From Candidatus Poribacteria bacterium (lineage in GTDB: Bacteria > Poribacteria > WGA-4E > PCPOR2b): DNA of 64,000 bases. The position numbers and the translations under genes were made by a program. Location of the stretch: contig OZ244042.1 in the NCBI GenBank assembly GCA_965215015.1, forward strand, positions 832,001 to 896,000. The letters are read 5' to 3'. The first letter of the stretch is position 1, and every line of letters begins with the position of its first letter. The notes under the pieces are model-generated. The model was not told the origin of the DNA. It saw nothing but the letters and a program-made list of their open reading frames with translations, and made no database searches. Of the stretch, positions 20,555 through 30,449 are shown piece after piece.

Positions 20555-20582
20555 AATGACACCGTAGGAGGGATAAAAGTTC
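20555..20582 (-). promoter_or_regulatory. putative ECF-type autoregulatory promoter
   Basis: Minus strand reads GAACTT(20582-20577)-N16-GTCATT(20560-20555), 17 nt upstream of the sigma ATG. This matches the sigmaE/AlgU-type consensus GAACTT-N16-GTCwrA. Confidence 0.7.
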
Positions 20583-20794
20583 ATTGTCTGAATCAGGATT
20601 CTCAGGATTAGGTTAAATAAAACGCAAAGGCGCGAAGGCACAGAACCGCAAAGAAGATCAGACAAAACTTTGCGTCTCTGCGTTAGATTTTTCATCGAAT
20701 CCCGATTAGGTTTTCGGATTTTGGGTGGCGTGAATGGGTATAAATGTGATAAGATGCACATGTTACTCATCACACAATACATTAGGTTAGGAAC

Positions 20795-21769
20795 ATGTCA
20801 AAAATAAGAATCGGTATTATTGGATCTGGCGGTACCGGGACGCGTCATGCAGATAGGTTCTCTGAAATGGAAACCGCCGAGGTTGTAGCAATTGCGTCAA
20901 GAAACGCTGAAACGGGCAACGCACTCGCTGAAAAACATGATGCGGAGTTTATCTCCAATTGGCAGGCACTTGTCCAGCACGATGATCTGGATGGTGTTGT
21001 TATCTGCACCCATAACGATACCCACGCCGAAATTGCACTCGCGGCACTCCATTGCGATAAACATATCTTTATGGAATATCCATTGGCACGGTCAATTGAT
21101 GCGGGTGAAGCTGTGGTCAAAGTTGCACAAAGCAATCAGCGGGTTCTGCGGATTAACCACTCCGAAACCGTGTCTAACTTGCATCAGGCAATTAAGCAGA
21201 AAGTACAGGGACTTGGAGATCTGCTGTTGACCACCTTTTTGCGCCTTACACCGGGGCGAGGCGTCCGTCCGGAGATTCTTTTCAATTTGCCTGTTTCCGG
21301 TCCACCGGCACACTTTTTCATCTACCACATCTACCCAGTCATCGATATCTTCGGAGGTATCAGGTCGGTCGAAGGGGCAGCGGTTTACGAAGGTTTAACG
21401 GATCAGGGAAATTATAACCGATTTGTCAACACCGTCAATGTCGAATTCAAAAACGGTGGGGTGGGAAGTTGGGTCTGGGCTGGAGGGGTGGAGATTCAGG
21501 ATTCTGAGCAGCACGCCCGCTATGTTCTGACCGGTGGCACAATTAGCGATAGCAGCAGCAAGTGGCACTGTTCAACGGGGACAGGAGTGGAGGAGATTCT
21601 GCCGGTTGACGCCCCAAGTGTTTCGCTTCAGGAACGGTGGATACAGGAGATTCAAAATCAGGAGATAGGCGCAGCGCATAGAGATGCAGTTACCGCACTT
21701 GAAGCGATACGGGTGAGCTTGTCCGCCGAACAATCAATGCAGAAGAAACGACGGATTGTGTTGGAATGA
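20795..21769 (+). CDS. Gfo/Idh/MocA family oxidoreductase (biliverdin reductase-like)
   Basis: IGIIGSGGTG, ICTHNDTH, KHIFMEYP. Confidence 0.85.
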   Translation: MSKIRIGIIGSGGTGTRHADRFSEMETAEVVAIASRNAETGNALAEKHDAEFISNWQALVQHDDLDGVVICTHNDTHAEIALAALHCDKHIFMEYPLARSIDAGEAVVKVAQSNQRVLRINHSETVSNLHQAIKQKVQGLGDLLLTTFLRLTPGRGVRPEILFNLPVSGPPAHFFIYHIYPVIDIFGGIRSVEGAAVYEGLTDQGNYNRFVNTVNVEFKNGGVGSWVWAGGVEIQDSEQHARYVLTGGTISDSSSKWHCSTGTGVEEILPVDAPSVSLQERWIQEIQNQEIGAAHRDAVTALEAIRVSLSAEQSMQKKRRIVLE

Positions 21770-21958
21770 AGGGAAGGAGATTAGTAACTATCAACCAATG
21801 GTGCGAATTTGCAACTGTTGATAACGTGAAATGTGATGCGCGAAACGTGAAAACAATTGGCTCACTCGTACATCAATGAACTAATGAACTCAATATCCTC
21901 ACCAACTCGCACCAAAGGTTATCAATCGCCGCGTCGGCGGAGGTGAAAGGAGTTTTAC

Positions 21959-23152
21959 ATGCGGAATTCGTTATCAATAACGGTAGGTAGAGGCGATGGT
22001 CAAATTAACGGCAGCGATGATCGTGCTATTCAGGCAGGGATCGATTACCTCGGTGCGCTCGGCGGAGGAACGCTGAAAATCTTACCCGGCGCCTATCATC
22101 TCAACAACGCAATTTATCTACGAAGTAACATCCGGATTGAAGGGAGCGGCGACGAAACAGTGCTGGCTAAAAACCCGTCCGTGAGTACACCCCTCGCTAT
22201 CGATTCAGATTGGTACGATGCAGACGTGACCGTGATTAAGAGCACTGGTTTTGAGGTCGGGTACGGGGTTTGCCTGAGAGCAAAGACCCCACATCATGGT
22301 GGATCGAATGTCATCAAGCGCACGATTATCGCGAAAGAGGGAAACCGTCTCTGGCTCGATAGATCGCTCGAAAAGAATTTCTGGGCAGATCACGAAGCAC
22401 GAATCTCGACCCTATTTCCGATCCTGAGTGGCGAACATATTTGCGACGTTGAGATCCGAGATCTCGTCCTCGATGGCAACCGATCTAACAATCAACACCT
22501 TGATGGGAACTATGCGGGCTGCATCTTCATGCAGGACTGCGATCGGATAACAGTCGATAACGTCGAAGCGCGAAACTATAACGGCGACGGCATTTCATGG
22601 CAGATTTGCCACGACGTGACCGTGAGGAATTGCCGGAGCCTGAACAATGCTGATTTGGGGTTGCACCCGGGCTCCGGATCGCAACGCCCGATTATGCAGG
22701 ATAATTACCTTGCAGGAAATCGGCTGGGGCTTTTCTTCTGCTGGGGTGTGAAACACGGGCTCGCAGAGAACAACCGAATTCTCGATAACCGTCAGTATGG
22801 CATCTCCATCGGACATCGAGACACCGACAATATCATCCGACTCAATCAAATCGAGGGCAGCGGAGAGGTCGGAATTACCTTCCGCAATGAACCGAACGAA
22901 GGGCGTAGTCCCCATCGGAATATAGTGGAAAACAACCGGATTACGAACAGTGGATCGGACAAAGATGGAATCGGTATTGACATTCAGGGGGAGACTCAAT
23001 CAATTACGATTCAGGAAAATCAGATAACCGAAATGCGGGAAGGGGGCGAACATATCGGTGTCCAAATCGGTGAAAAGACCGCCAATATCCTTCTTGAGAG
23101 GAACAAGTTTTCAGGGTTGGCTATAGGAGTCAGAGATTTGCGGGACAAATAG
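21959..23152 (+). CDS. right-handed parallel beta-helix protein (pectin lyase-like)
   Basis: AIQAGID..GGGTLKILPG N-terminus and Asn/Gly-rich repeats (NGDGIS, NADLGL, NRQYGIS). Confidence 0.8.
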   Translation: MRNSLSITVGRGDGQINGSDDRAIQAGIDYLGALGGGTLKILPGAYHLNNAIYLRSNIRIEGSGDETVLAKNPSVSTPLAIDSDWYDADVTVIKSTGFEVGYGVCLRAKTPHHGGSNVIKRTIIAKEGNRLWLDRSLEKNFWADHEARISTLFPILSGEHICDVEIRDLVLDGNRSNNQHLDGNYAGCIFMQDCDRITVDNVEARNYNGDGISWQICHDVTVRNCRSLNNADLGLHPGSGSQRPIMQDNYLAGNRLGLFFCWGVKHGLAENNRILDNRQYGISIGHRDTDNIIRLNQIEGSGEVGITFRNEPNEGRSPHRNIVENNRITNSGSDKDGIGIDIQGETQSITIQENQITEMREGGEHIGVQIGEKTANILLERNKFSGLAIGVRDLRDK

Positions 23153-23236
23153 AGGTCTTCGCCTCGATTTCATCGAGGCTTCAAAGTAAGCCAATTCTCG
23201 ATCCATTTTGTCAATTCCTACGATGTATTACGACGT

Positions 23237-23265
23237 TTGACAGAAGATTGATAATGTGATAACAT
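23237..23265 (+). promoter_or_regulatory. sigma-70-type promoter of the mgs/gmaS cluster
   Basis: TTGACA-N17-TAACAT with an extended -10 TG. Confidence 0.6.
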
Positions 23266-23326
23266 AAGCCGCGAACGTTTGCATCTTAACGTGGCAACTT
23301 AGGTCATAATTAAGGAGAAGTTAAGG

Positions 23327-24235
23327 GTGTGTGGTATTGTCGGCTTTTTAGATAAAACGCAAAATAGCAATGCGCCCGTGGGCAAGACTATTCTTACCAT
23401 GCTCACGGCACTGGGAGTGCGGGGACCGGATTCGGCAGGCGTCGCACTTTATCATCCTCCGGAAAATGGAGCGTTCACGCTGCAGGTAAAATTAGGGGAA
23501 CTTGATGGTGCAGCTGAGAGGGGCACCTTGATTGCAGAGCAGGTCAAGGCATTTGGCTCCGTGCACGAGGTCAAAACCACTGCTGAGTATTTGCGGCTCG
23601 TCATCAATCTGCGAGGGGAAGCAACACCGCTAATACAATTCATAGAATCTTTAGATGAGGACATTGAAGTTGTTAGCATGGGACGCGAACTCGAAATTGT
23701 CAAGCAGGTCGGCACACCTCAGAATCTCGATGCGACCCACAGCGTTTCTAGGCTTCTGGGAACACACGGCCTAGGACACACACGCCTTTCGACAGAGAGC
23801 CGTGTGGATCTGAGCCACTCGCAACCCTTCTGGGCACACAACTATCCTGACCTCGCAATTGTTCACAACGGGCACATCACAAACTACCACAAGTTACGCC
23901 GCATCTACGAGCAGCGCGGTGTCAGATTCTACACGGAAAACGACTCCGAAGTCATCGGTGTATACCTTGCCGACCAATTGTTTAAGGGACTGAGGTTCAA
24001 AGAAGCGTTAGAGGCGTCGCTTACCGATTTGGGCGGATCCTTCAGCTATCTCGCGGCAACAGAGGATTATATTGGATTTGCCAAAGATCCCTTCGCGTTC
24101 AAACCGCTACTCTTTACCGAAACGGATGATTTTGTCGCTGTCGCAACCGAGGAGATTGCGATCCGGGCTGCCTTCGAGGGCAACTATGAAGTGCGCGAAG
24201 CACAAGCAAGGGATGTGGGTATATGGCAGAGATAA
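23327..24235 (+). CDS. glxB: class II glutamine amidotransferase; N-methylglutamate synthase subunit A (MgsA/GlxB)
   Basis: MCGIVG, RGPDSAG, GHTRLSTES, VHNGHITNY, ENDSE. Clustered with glxC/glxD/gmaS. Confidence 0.85.
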   Translation: MCGIVGFLDKTQNSNAPVGKTILTMLTALGVRGPDSAGVALYHPPENGAFTLQVKLGELDGAAERGTLIAEQVKAFGSVHEVKTTAEYLRLVINLRGEATPLIQFIESLDEDIEVVSMGRELEIVKQVGTPQNLDATHSVSRLLGTHGLGHTRLSTESRVDLSHSQPFWAHNYPDLAIVHNGHITNYHKLRRIYEQRGVRFYTENDSEVIGVYLADQLFKGLRFKEALEASLTDLGGSFSYLAATEDYIGFAKDPFAFKPLLFTETDDFVAVATEEIAIRAAFEGNYEVREAQARDVGIWQR

Positions 24236-24933
24236 TCTGTGCAGGCAAAACAACTCGCGACATTAACGCGGAAATCAAACGCCTCATCGCGGATGGTGAG
24301 ACTGACATCTGTATGAGAAATCCCGTCGCCCGGCACAACTTAGGTGTGGCGATTCTACAGTCGGTGAAACTGACCTTTGATGGGAGTGTTGGCTACTATT
24401 GTGCAGGGATGGTTGACGGCCCCACTGTCAAGATTAAAGGGAGCGCAGGTTGGGGATTGGCGGAATCCATGATGGGTGGCACCGTTACCGTCGAAGGGAA
24501 TGCGGGCAACGGGGCAGCGGCTTCAATTCGAGGCGGGACGGTTGTCATTCGTAGCGATGCAGCTTCACGGCTAGGCGTTTCGATGAAGGGTGGACTGATT
24601 ATCGTCGGAGGCAACTGCGGCTATATGGCAGGTTTCATGGCGCAGCGGGGAACAATCATCGTCTGTGGAGATACCGGCGAAGCATTCGCCGATTCGATGT
24701 ATGAGGCGGTTTGTTTTGTCGGTGGCAACATCGCTGAACTCGGCAATGATGCCGTGATTGAAGAACCGACTGCAGAAGACCTCACCTTTCTCGAATCCAC
24801 CCTATCTCAGCACCTCCCCGCCAAAGTTGGCAATTCACAGACCGCTATCCGCAATTTCAAGAAAGTCGTCTCTGGGCGCAAATTGTGGAGTTTCGATAAA
24901 GACGAGCGAGCATTGTGGCGAGAAGCATTATGA
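24223..24933 (+). CDS. glxC: GXGXG-motif protein; N-methylglutamate synthase subunit B (MgsB/GlxC)
   Basis: GSVGYYCAGM, GLAESMMGG, GVSMKGG, MAGFMAQ, DSMYEA. Confidence 0.87.
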   Translation: MAEIICAGKTTRDINAEIKRLIADGETDICMRNPVARHNLGVAILQSVKLTFDGSVGYYCAGMVDGPTVKIKGSAGWGLAESMMGGTVTVEGNAGNGAAASIRGGTVVIRSDAASRLGVSMKGGLIIVGGNCGYMAGFMAQRGTIIVCGDTGEAFADSMYEAVCFVGGNIAELGNDAVIEEPTAEDLTFLESTLSQHLPAKVGNSQTAIRNFKKVVSGRKLWSFDKDERALWREAL

Positions 24934-24992
24934 ATTTATTGCCTAACCACGAACATGCAATCATTAAGAAAGATTCAGTAATCAACTTTGCG

Positions 24993-25190
24993 GGGACAAA
25001 CCTAATTTGAATATCAGTGAACGCTTGTGTTAGTCAGTGCCGGTTGTGCTTACATCGCCTGCCAAGGGTACCATTGGGCGTGTCGGTGAAATTTTGGTAT
25101 ATGCGGATACGGGCAAACTACTAGCAGACACAGTAGAAAGGGTTGACGCTAATGCCGAATGGCTGGGCTCAACGTTCCCCACTTTAGGCC
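24993..25190 (+). pseudogene. degraded small protein upstream of the C39 peptidase remnant
   Basis: GDKPNLNISERLC*SVPVVLTSPAKGTIGRVGEILVYADTGKLL, with an in-frame TAG where a Trp would be expected. Confidence 0.45.
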
Positions 25191-25609
25191 GGAATTCAAC
25201 TACTCGTGTGTTGCTGCCTGCGGCCCCATGGTGAGACGTATTACGGACGCAACGAATCGGAAGATAGTGTGTGTCAGCTGTTAGGTACGACATCACGGGG
25301 GGGCGCGAGCTGCCAATGTGATGCGCGTTGTTCAGTTGGGTTTTGATGTACGGTCTAGTGCCTCCAACCTACCACAACTACAAGCTATCCTTGCTACCAA
25401 TGTACCCCCATCATCTTTCTGCTAACCGGAGGGTTGGATTACTGGGAAGTTAACGAGGCTCATGCGGTCGTACTCATCGGGGTCGACGCAGCAAGTGTCC
25501 GTTTCAATAATCCTTTCTTCTATACCTTTGCATAACAGACACCGTAACGAGTTTTCAGCGAGCGTGGACGACGGGACACTTGGCAGCCTTTATTCGTCTA
25601 CAGTCATAG
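25159..25609 (+). pseudogene. C39-like cysteine peptidase pseudogene
   Basis: Manual translation across frameshifts: MAGLNVPHFRPEFNYSCVAAC..MV / YYGRNESEDSVCQLLGT / IIFLLTGGLDYWEVNEAHAVVLIGVD..VRFNNPF / FQRAW. Catalytic Cys and His positions are recognisable. Several frameshifts and stops. Confidence 0.7.
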
Positions 25610-25625
25610 GAGAGAAGCTTTCAGC

Positions 25626-26969
25626 ATGCCAGACAAATCAAATTACCTCCGAACCAGTGGAACATTTACACCCGACATCATTGAAGACATCCAAGTTAAG
25701 GCAGAGTTGGGTAGATACCGCATTCGCGGATTTGGGACGTTGCGTGAGCGGCGATGGACAACGTTCGATGATCTGACCTTCATCCCCTGTACCCTGACCC
25801 GCATCCCACTCGAAGGCTATCGGGAACGCTGTTCAGCCAAGACCCTGCTCGGCACCCGTTTCGCTGAGAAGCCAATTGAGCTTGAGGTTCCCATTATGGT
25901 TACCGGTATGAGTTGGGGCGCGCTCTCTTACAACGCTAAAGTCGCGCTGGCAAAGGGCGCGAATATCGTTGGCTCGTCCAACACCACCGGCGACGGCGGG
26001 ATGCTGATGGCGGAGCGTGAGCAGAGTCGAGCATTAATCTACGAGGTGTTGCCATCTCGCTACGGCATCAATGTGCACCATCTACAGATGGCGGATGGCA
26101 TCGAGTTGACTATTGGACAGGGCGCGAAGCCGGGAACGGGGGGATTGCTGCTTGGCTCAAAGGTATTGGATACGATTGCGGAACAACGGGACCTACCCCT
26201 CGGCGTCGATCAGCGCAGCCCGGCGCGGCATCCCGACTTCCTCGGGCCCGACGACATGATTATCAAGATTGAAGAACTACGAGAGGCGACCGACTGGCAG
26301 GTACCGATTTTTGTGAAGATGGGGGCGACGCGGGTGTTCGACGACGTAAAGTTAGCGGCAAAAGCAGGGGCCGATGTCATCGTCGTGGACGGGATGGAGG
26401 GCGGCACCGGCGCATCCGCCGAAATCTGTCAAGAGCACACAGGCGTTCCCACGCTCGCTGCTGTATGTGAGGCACGCGCGGCACTCGAAGACCTCGGATT
26501 GTACGGTGAGGTGCAACTCATTATCGCGGGCGGCATCCGACACGGTGTGGACGCAGCAAAGGCGATGGCACTCGGTGCGGATGCGGTATACATCGGCACA
26601 GCGGCACTAATGGCACTCAACTGTAACAAACCCATCCACCTCGAGAGCTACCACGAGCTCGGCACCGAGCCGTACCACTGCCACCATTGTCACACGGGAC
26701 GCTGTCCTGTCGGGATTACAACGCAGGACCCCAATCTGATGAAACGTCTCGATATCGACGAAGCGGCAGAACGCGTGGCCAATCTGCTGCAAGCGATGAC
26801 TTCGGAGATCCAGATTCTTGCCCGCGCTTGCGGTAAGGCGGACGTACACGCCCTCGACCCCGAGGATCTCCGGGCATTGAACTTGGAAGCTTCGATGATT
26901 TGTGGAATCCCGCTCGTTGGGACGAACCGTGTGTTTGGCGGCGGTCCCGGGTGGAAGGAACGGGAGTGA
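25626..26969 (+). CDS. glxD: FMN-binding glutamate synthase family; N-methylglutamate synthase subunit C (MgsC/GlxD)
   Basis: RIPLEGYRERC, GMSWGALS, TTGDGGM, GQGAKPG, RHPD, DGMEGGTGA, CHHCHTGRCPVGITTQD. Confidence 0.9.
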   Translation: MPDKSNYLRTSGTFTPDIIEDIQVKAELGRYRIRGFGTLRERRWTTFDDLTFIPCTLTRIPLEGYRERCSAKTLLGTRFAEKPIELEVPIMVTGMSWGALSYNAKVALAKGANIVGSSNTTGDGGMLMAEREQSRALIYEVLPSRYGINVHHLQMADGIELTIGQGAKPGTGGLLLGSKVLDTIAEQRDLPLGVDQRSPARHPDFLGPDDMIIKIEELREATDWQVPIFVKMGATRVFDDVKLAAKAGADVIVVDGMEGGTGASAEICQEHTGVPTLAAVCEARAALEDLGLYGEVQLIIAGGIRHGVDAAKAMALGADAVYIGTAALMALNCNKPIHLESYHELGTEPYHCHHCHTGRCPVGITTQDPNLMKRLDIDEAAERVANLLQAMTSEIQILARACGKADVHALDPEDLRALNLEASMICGIPLVGTNRVFGGGPGWKERE

Positions 26970-27029
26970 CGTTTATCGGACCGAGAAGCTTGAGTCGTTT
27001 CCAACGGCAACAAGAAAGGAGTTATAACG

Positions 27030-28364
27030 ATGACGTTAAACGAGGTTAAAACGTTAGTCGCAGAGGAGGAAATCGAGTTTTTCCTCTGTTCCTTTGTAGA
27101 AATGGCGGGAGCCCCAAAAGCGAAGGTAGTCCCAACGACGCATATTGATGACATGGCGGCGGAAGGTGCAGGTTTTGCCGGGTTTGCGGCAGGCGAGATT
27201 GGTCAGGGACCACACGATCCGGACATGGCAAGCCTCCCCGACTTTAACTCACTCACAATCGTGCCGTGGCGCAAAAACGTGGCGTGGTTGGCAGGGAATG
27301 TGCACGTAGGTGACGAGGCCTGGCCCTACTGCCCACGCACCATTTTGCAGCGAGAGTTGGAGAAAGCCAGACAAAAGGGCTATCTCTTCAACGTCGGCGT
27401 CGAGGCAGAGTTTATGTTGTTGAAACAGGGAGAGGACGGTAGTTACGCACCGTGGGACCCACTTGATACGCTTGGCAAGCCCTGTTATGACCTCCGGGCA
27501 CTCCACCGCAACCTCGATACAATGACTACCCTAATTAAGTACCTGCAGGAGTTAGGTTGGGGCCCATACGCCAATGACCATGAGGACGCCAACTGTCAGT
27601 TTGAACTCAATTGGCTCTACTCCGATGCACTGACCACCGCAGATCGGCACACCTTCTTTAAGTGGATGGTCAAGACCGTCGCCGAAGAGCAAGGACTGAC
27701 AGCAACCTTTATGCCCAAGCCATTTGCAAACTTAACCGGCAACGGCGCACATTTTCACATGAGCCTGTGGGATACGGAAAACCAGACCAACCGGTTCCTT
27801 GACGAATCCGATGAAAATGGCCTGTCACAACTTGCCTATTGGTTCATGGGCGGTATCCTCAAGCACGCCAAAGCACTTGTTGCTGTTACCAACCCTCTCG
27901 TCAATAGCTACAAACGCCTAATCTCTGGTGCGCCTCGCTCCGGGGCGACGTGGGCACCCGTTTATATCACGTATGGCGGGAGCAACCGGACGCAGATGAT
28001 TCGCATCCCTGATGCTGGGCGGATTGAAAACCGTTCGGGGGACGGTGCCGCCAATTCGTACCTCGCTATGGCAGCGACGCTTGCCGCTGGACTCGATGGT
28101 ATCGAGAACCAGATTGACCCCGGTGGGCGCAACGACGATAACCTCTACGAAATGCCTGTGGATGAGCTGCAACGACGCGGTATTGATGTGCTACCAAGAA
28201 CACTCAGCCAAGCACTTGACTGTCTGGAAGAGGATGAGGTCATCCAGAGCGCACTTGGACCTGAATATGCACCTTACTACATCCAAGTCAAGCGTGAAGA
28301 ATGGCGAAGTTACCACCAGAGCATTAGCCAGTGGGAAACCGATAATTATCTTGGGCTTTACTGA
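27030..28364 (+). CDS. gmaS: gamma-glutamylmethylamide synthetase / glutamine synthetase GlnT
   Basis: PKAKVVP, GAGFAGFA, GVEAEF, KPCYD, NDHEDANCQFE, SYKRL..SGATWAP, NRTQMIRIP. Adjacent to glxBCD. Confidence 0.85.
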   Translation: MTLNEVKTLVAEEEIEFFLCSFVEMAGAPKAKVVPTTHIDDMAAEGAGFAGFAAGEIGQGPHDPDMASLPDFNSLTIVPWRKNVAWLAGNVHVGDEAWPYCPRTILQRELEKARQKGYLFNVGVEAEFMLLKQGEDGSYAPWDPLDTLGKPCYDLRALHRNLDTMTTLIKYLQELGWGPYANDHEDANCQFELNWLYSDALTTADRHTFFKWMVKTVAEEQGLTATFMPKPFANLTGNGAHFHMSLWDTENQTNRFLDESDENGLSQLAYWFMGGILKHAKALVAVTNPLVNSYKRLISGAPRSGATWAPVYITYGGSNRTQMIRIPDAGRIENRSGDGAANSYLAMAATLAAGLDGIENQIDPGGRNDDNLYEMPVDELQRRGIDVLPRTLSQALDCLEEDEVIQSALGPEYAPYYIQVKREEWRSYHQSISQWETDNYLGLY

Positions 28365-28428
28365 GGGTAGATAGCAGGTTGCTGCGTTTCGCAAATTTAG
28401 GGGTCATCTCAACTCAGGATTGATATAA

Positions 28429-28551
28429 TAGCCCGAGTTGTCCCTTAAAGCTCCAGCGAAGCGGCATGTGGAGGGGATCTGAGCAGTCACAGCATTTTTT
28501 GAATGTTCTGCACAAATGATGTTTTCCCGGTCTAGGCAGCAACTTGAGTTA
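28429..28551. repeat. MITE-like element, family C (degenerate)
   Basis: TAGCCCGAGTTGT ... GCAACTTGAGTTA ends are related to those of 30450-30639. Confidence 0.45.
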
Positions 28552-28624
28552 TGTAAAGAAGATTCTGATAACTACCACCTAACAGACGGCTCAAGACTAA
28601 AGGTTACTTACCGGGAATGAACAC

Positions 28625-28726
28625 GGACGGAATCAGCTGGGTGAGTCTGTCGCCAGTGGGTCCTATTTTTATACGCTGACAGCCGGCAAATTTACGGGGC
28701 CGCGACGGATGTTGATACTGAAGTAA
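28625..28726 (+). pseudogene. orphan FlgD-Ig/T9SS-like C-terminal sorting-domain fragment
   Basis: Translates as GRNQLGESVASGSYFYTLTAGKFTGPRRMLILK*, with no upstream start or gene body. Confidence 0.65.
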
Positions 28727-28831
28727 AGCAAATCTGATTGCCCCATTTCAGCTGTATGGTATAATAACTAGAGACTTCAGGTGGCAACCTGAATGGTAAT
28801 ATGATGGACAACTTCAGGAGGTAACATAGAT

Positions 28832-29506
28832 ATGTCAGAACAACTAACGTTGAAACAGCGGATACATAACAGCGAAATTATTAACATCGGTGGTGCTCCT
28901 ACGGGTGCCTCAAAAAGTGAACTTGAAGCCATTCTCAGTCAGGACTCCTACGATTTAATCGGAACGGATGCCCAACACTCGGCATTCAATGAAGAGAGGC
29001 TCGTTTCATTTTGCGCTAACTTATCAGAGTTGGGAATACCTGTTCAGTTGCGCATCAAACACACACGGAACGCTTATCTCATTGGGAATATCCTCGATTT
29101 GGGCCCATTGGCGATTGTAGTGCCACAAGTTGAAACGGAGGGAACGGTCTATGAAGCAATCGAGGCCTTCTACTATCCGCCGATCGGAAAACGGAGTTGG
29201 GGGCCCAGTTCGGGGTACGGCTTCAACCCAGATCTTGATCGCTTGGAATACGCGGAATGGTGGAACAACAACGGCATCCTCAGCCTGCAACTGGAGTCTG
29301 TTGATGCGATTATCAATGCCCGAAAACTCGCCAAACCCGGCGTTGATATGCTGATGTTTGGGGCAAATGACTTAGGATTCAGCCTCGAAACATATCCAAA
29401 TCCCCCGTTCAAAACGGTTGAAGAATGCTTCCAGCATGTTGTGGAGCAGATGGAAGGGACTCAAGTCAAAGTGGGGGTTGCCTACTCACCCGGCGGGCGA
29501 CTCTGA
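28832..29506 (+). CDS. HpcH/HpaI aldolase family protein
   Basis: DAQHS, ILDLG, VVPQVE, YYPPIGKRSWG, LQLES, FGANDL. Upstream TGnTATAAT at 28757-28765 and AGGAGG. Confidence 0.88.
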   Translation: MSEQLTLKQRIHNSEIINIGGAPTGASKSELEAILSQDSYDLIGTDAQHSAFNEERLVSFCANLSELGIPVQLRIKHTRNAYLIGNILDLGPLAIVVPQVETEGTVYEAIEAFYYPPIGKRSWGPSSGYGFNPDLDRLEYAEWWNNNGILSLQLESVDAIINARKLAKPGVDMLMFGANDLGFSLETYPNPPFKTVEECFQHVVEQMEGTQVKVGVAYSPGGRL

Positions 29507-29649
29507 GCCGACACACCTAAGATGCGCGAATATTGTGCAATCGCCCGCCAAAATTGCCGAGCGAAGCGTGAAATATATCACCCTTTCCGCTTTACGACTA
29601 TAACTGCGTAACTTCTCACGAATTCAGTGATGGAGAAAGGATCAGTCCA

Positions 29650-30417
29650 ATGATCATCGTCGATACCCACTGCCATGCCGGACTGAACAAATATGAACCC
29701 ATCGAAACCTTGCTTTACCACATGGAGCAATCTGGTGTCGATCGGGCGGTTTTAATACAGCATCAGGGCACCACCGACAATAGCTACCACGTTGAATGTT
29801 TGCAGGCACACCAGGACCGGCTTACCTCGGCGATGATTGTGGAGAGCACCGACGATGGAGAGCGGATGCGTTACTGGGCTGAACAAGGGCTTGTGGGGAT
29901 TCGTCTCGGCGCAGATTCACGAGCGGATGCGTCTGACCCACTTGCACAGTGGCGTACCGCCGCTGAACTCAACCTTGTCGTCAGTGCCCCCTCAGATCCA
30001 CCAACGCTCCTCAGTGATAAATTTGCTGAAGTCCTGAGGACTTTTCCTGACCTCCAGATAGTCATCGAACACTTAGGGGGTGTCGGTAGGGAGGCTGTGC
30101 CCCCTTATGATGAATTCAAACGTGCTCTCGCCTTGGCAAAACACCCCAACCTGACGATAAAACTTCCGGGCTTTGGGGAATTCTGCAACCTGCCTTATCC
30201 ATTCGAGACCGTCCCTCCGCTGGCACGCATGGTTGTGGAGGCGTTTGGGCCGCAACGGGTGATGTGGGGGAGTGACTTTCCACCGGTCAGTTCGAGGGAA
30301 GGATACAATCATTCACTTCAATTCCCGATCGAATACTTCTCTGATTTGAGCGAGGGAGAGCGGGAGTGGATTTTCGGACGTACCGCGCTATCAGTGTGGA
30401 AATTCATTGATTCTTGA
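29650..30417 (+). CDS. amidohydrolase_2 family protein (lactonase-like)
   Basis: DTHCH, VIEHLG, MWGSDFP. Confidence 0.85.
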   Translation: MIIVDTHCHAGLNKYEPIETLLYHMEQSGVDRAVLIQHQGTTDNSYHVECLQAHQDRLTSAMIVESTDDGERMRYWAEQGLVGIRLGADSRADASDPLAQWRTAAELNLVVSAPSDPPTLLSDKFAEVLRTFPDLQIVIEHLGGVGREAVPPYDEFKRALALAKHPNLTIKLPGFGEFCNLPYPFETVPPLARMVVEAFGPQRVMWGSDFPPVSSREGYNHSLQFPIEYFSDLSEGEREWIFGRTALSVWKFIDS

Positions 30418-30449
30418 TGTTTGGGTTGCATCGTGCAGCCAGAATATAT

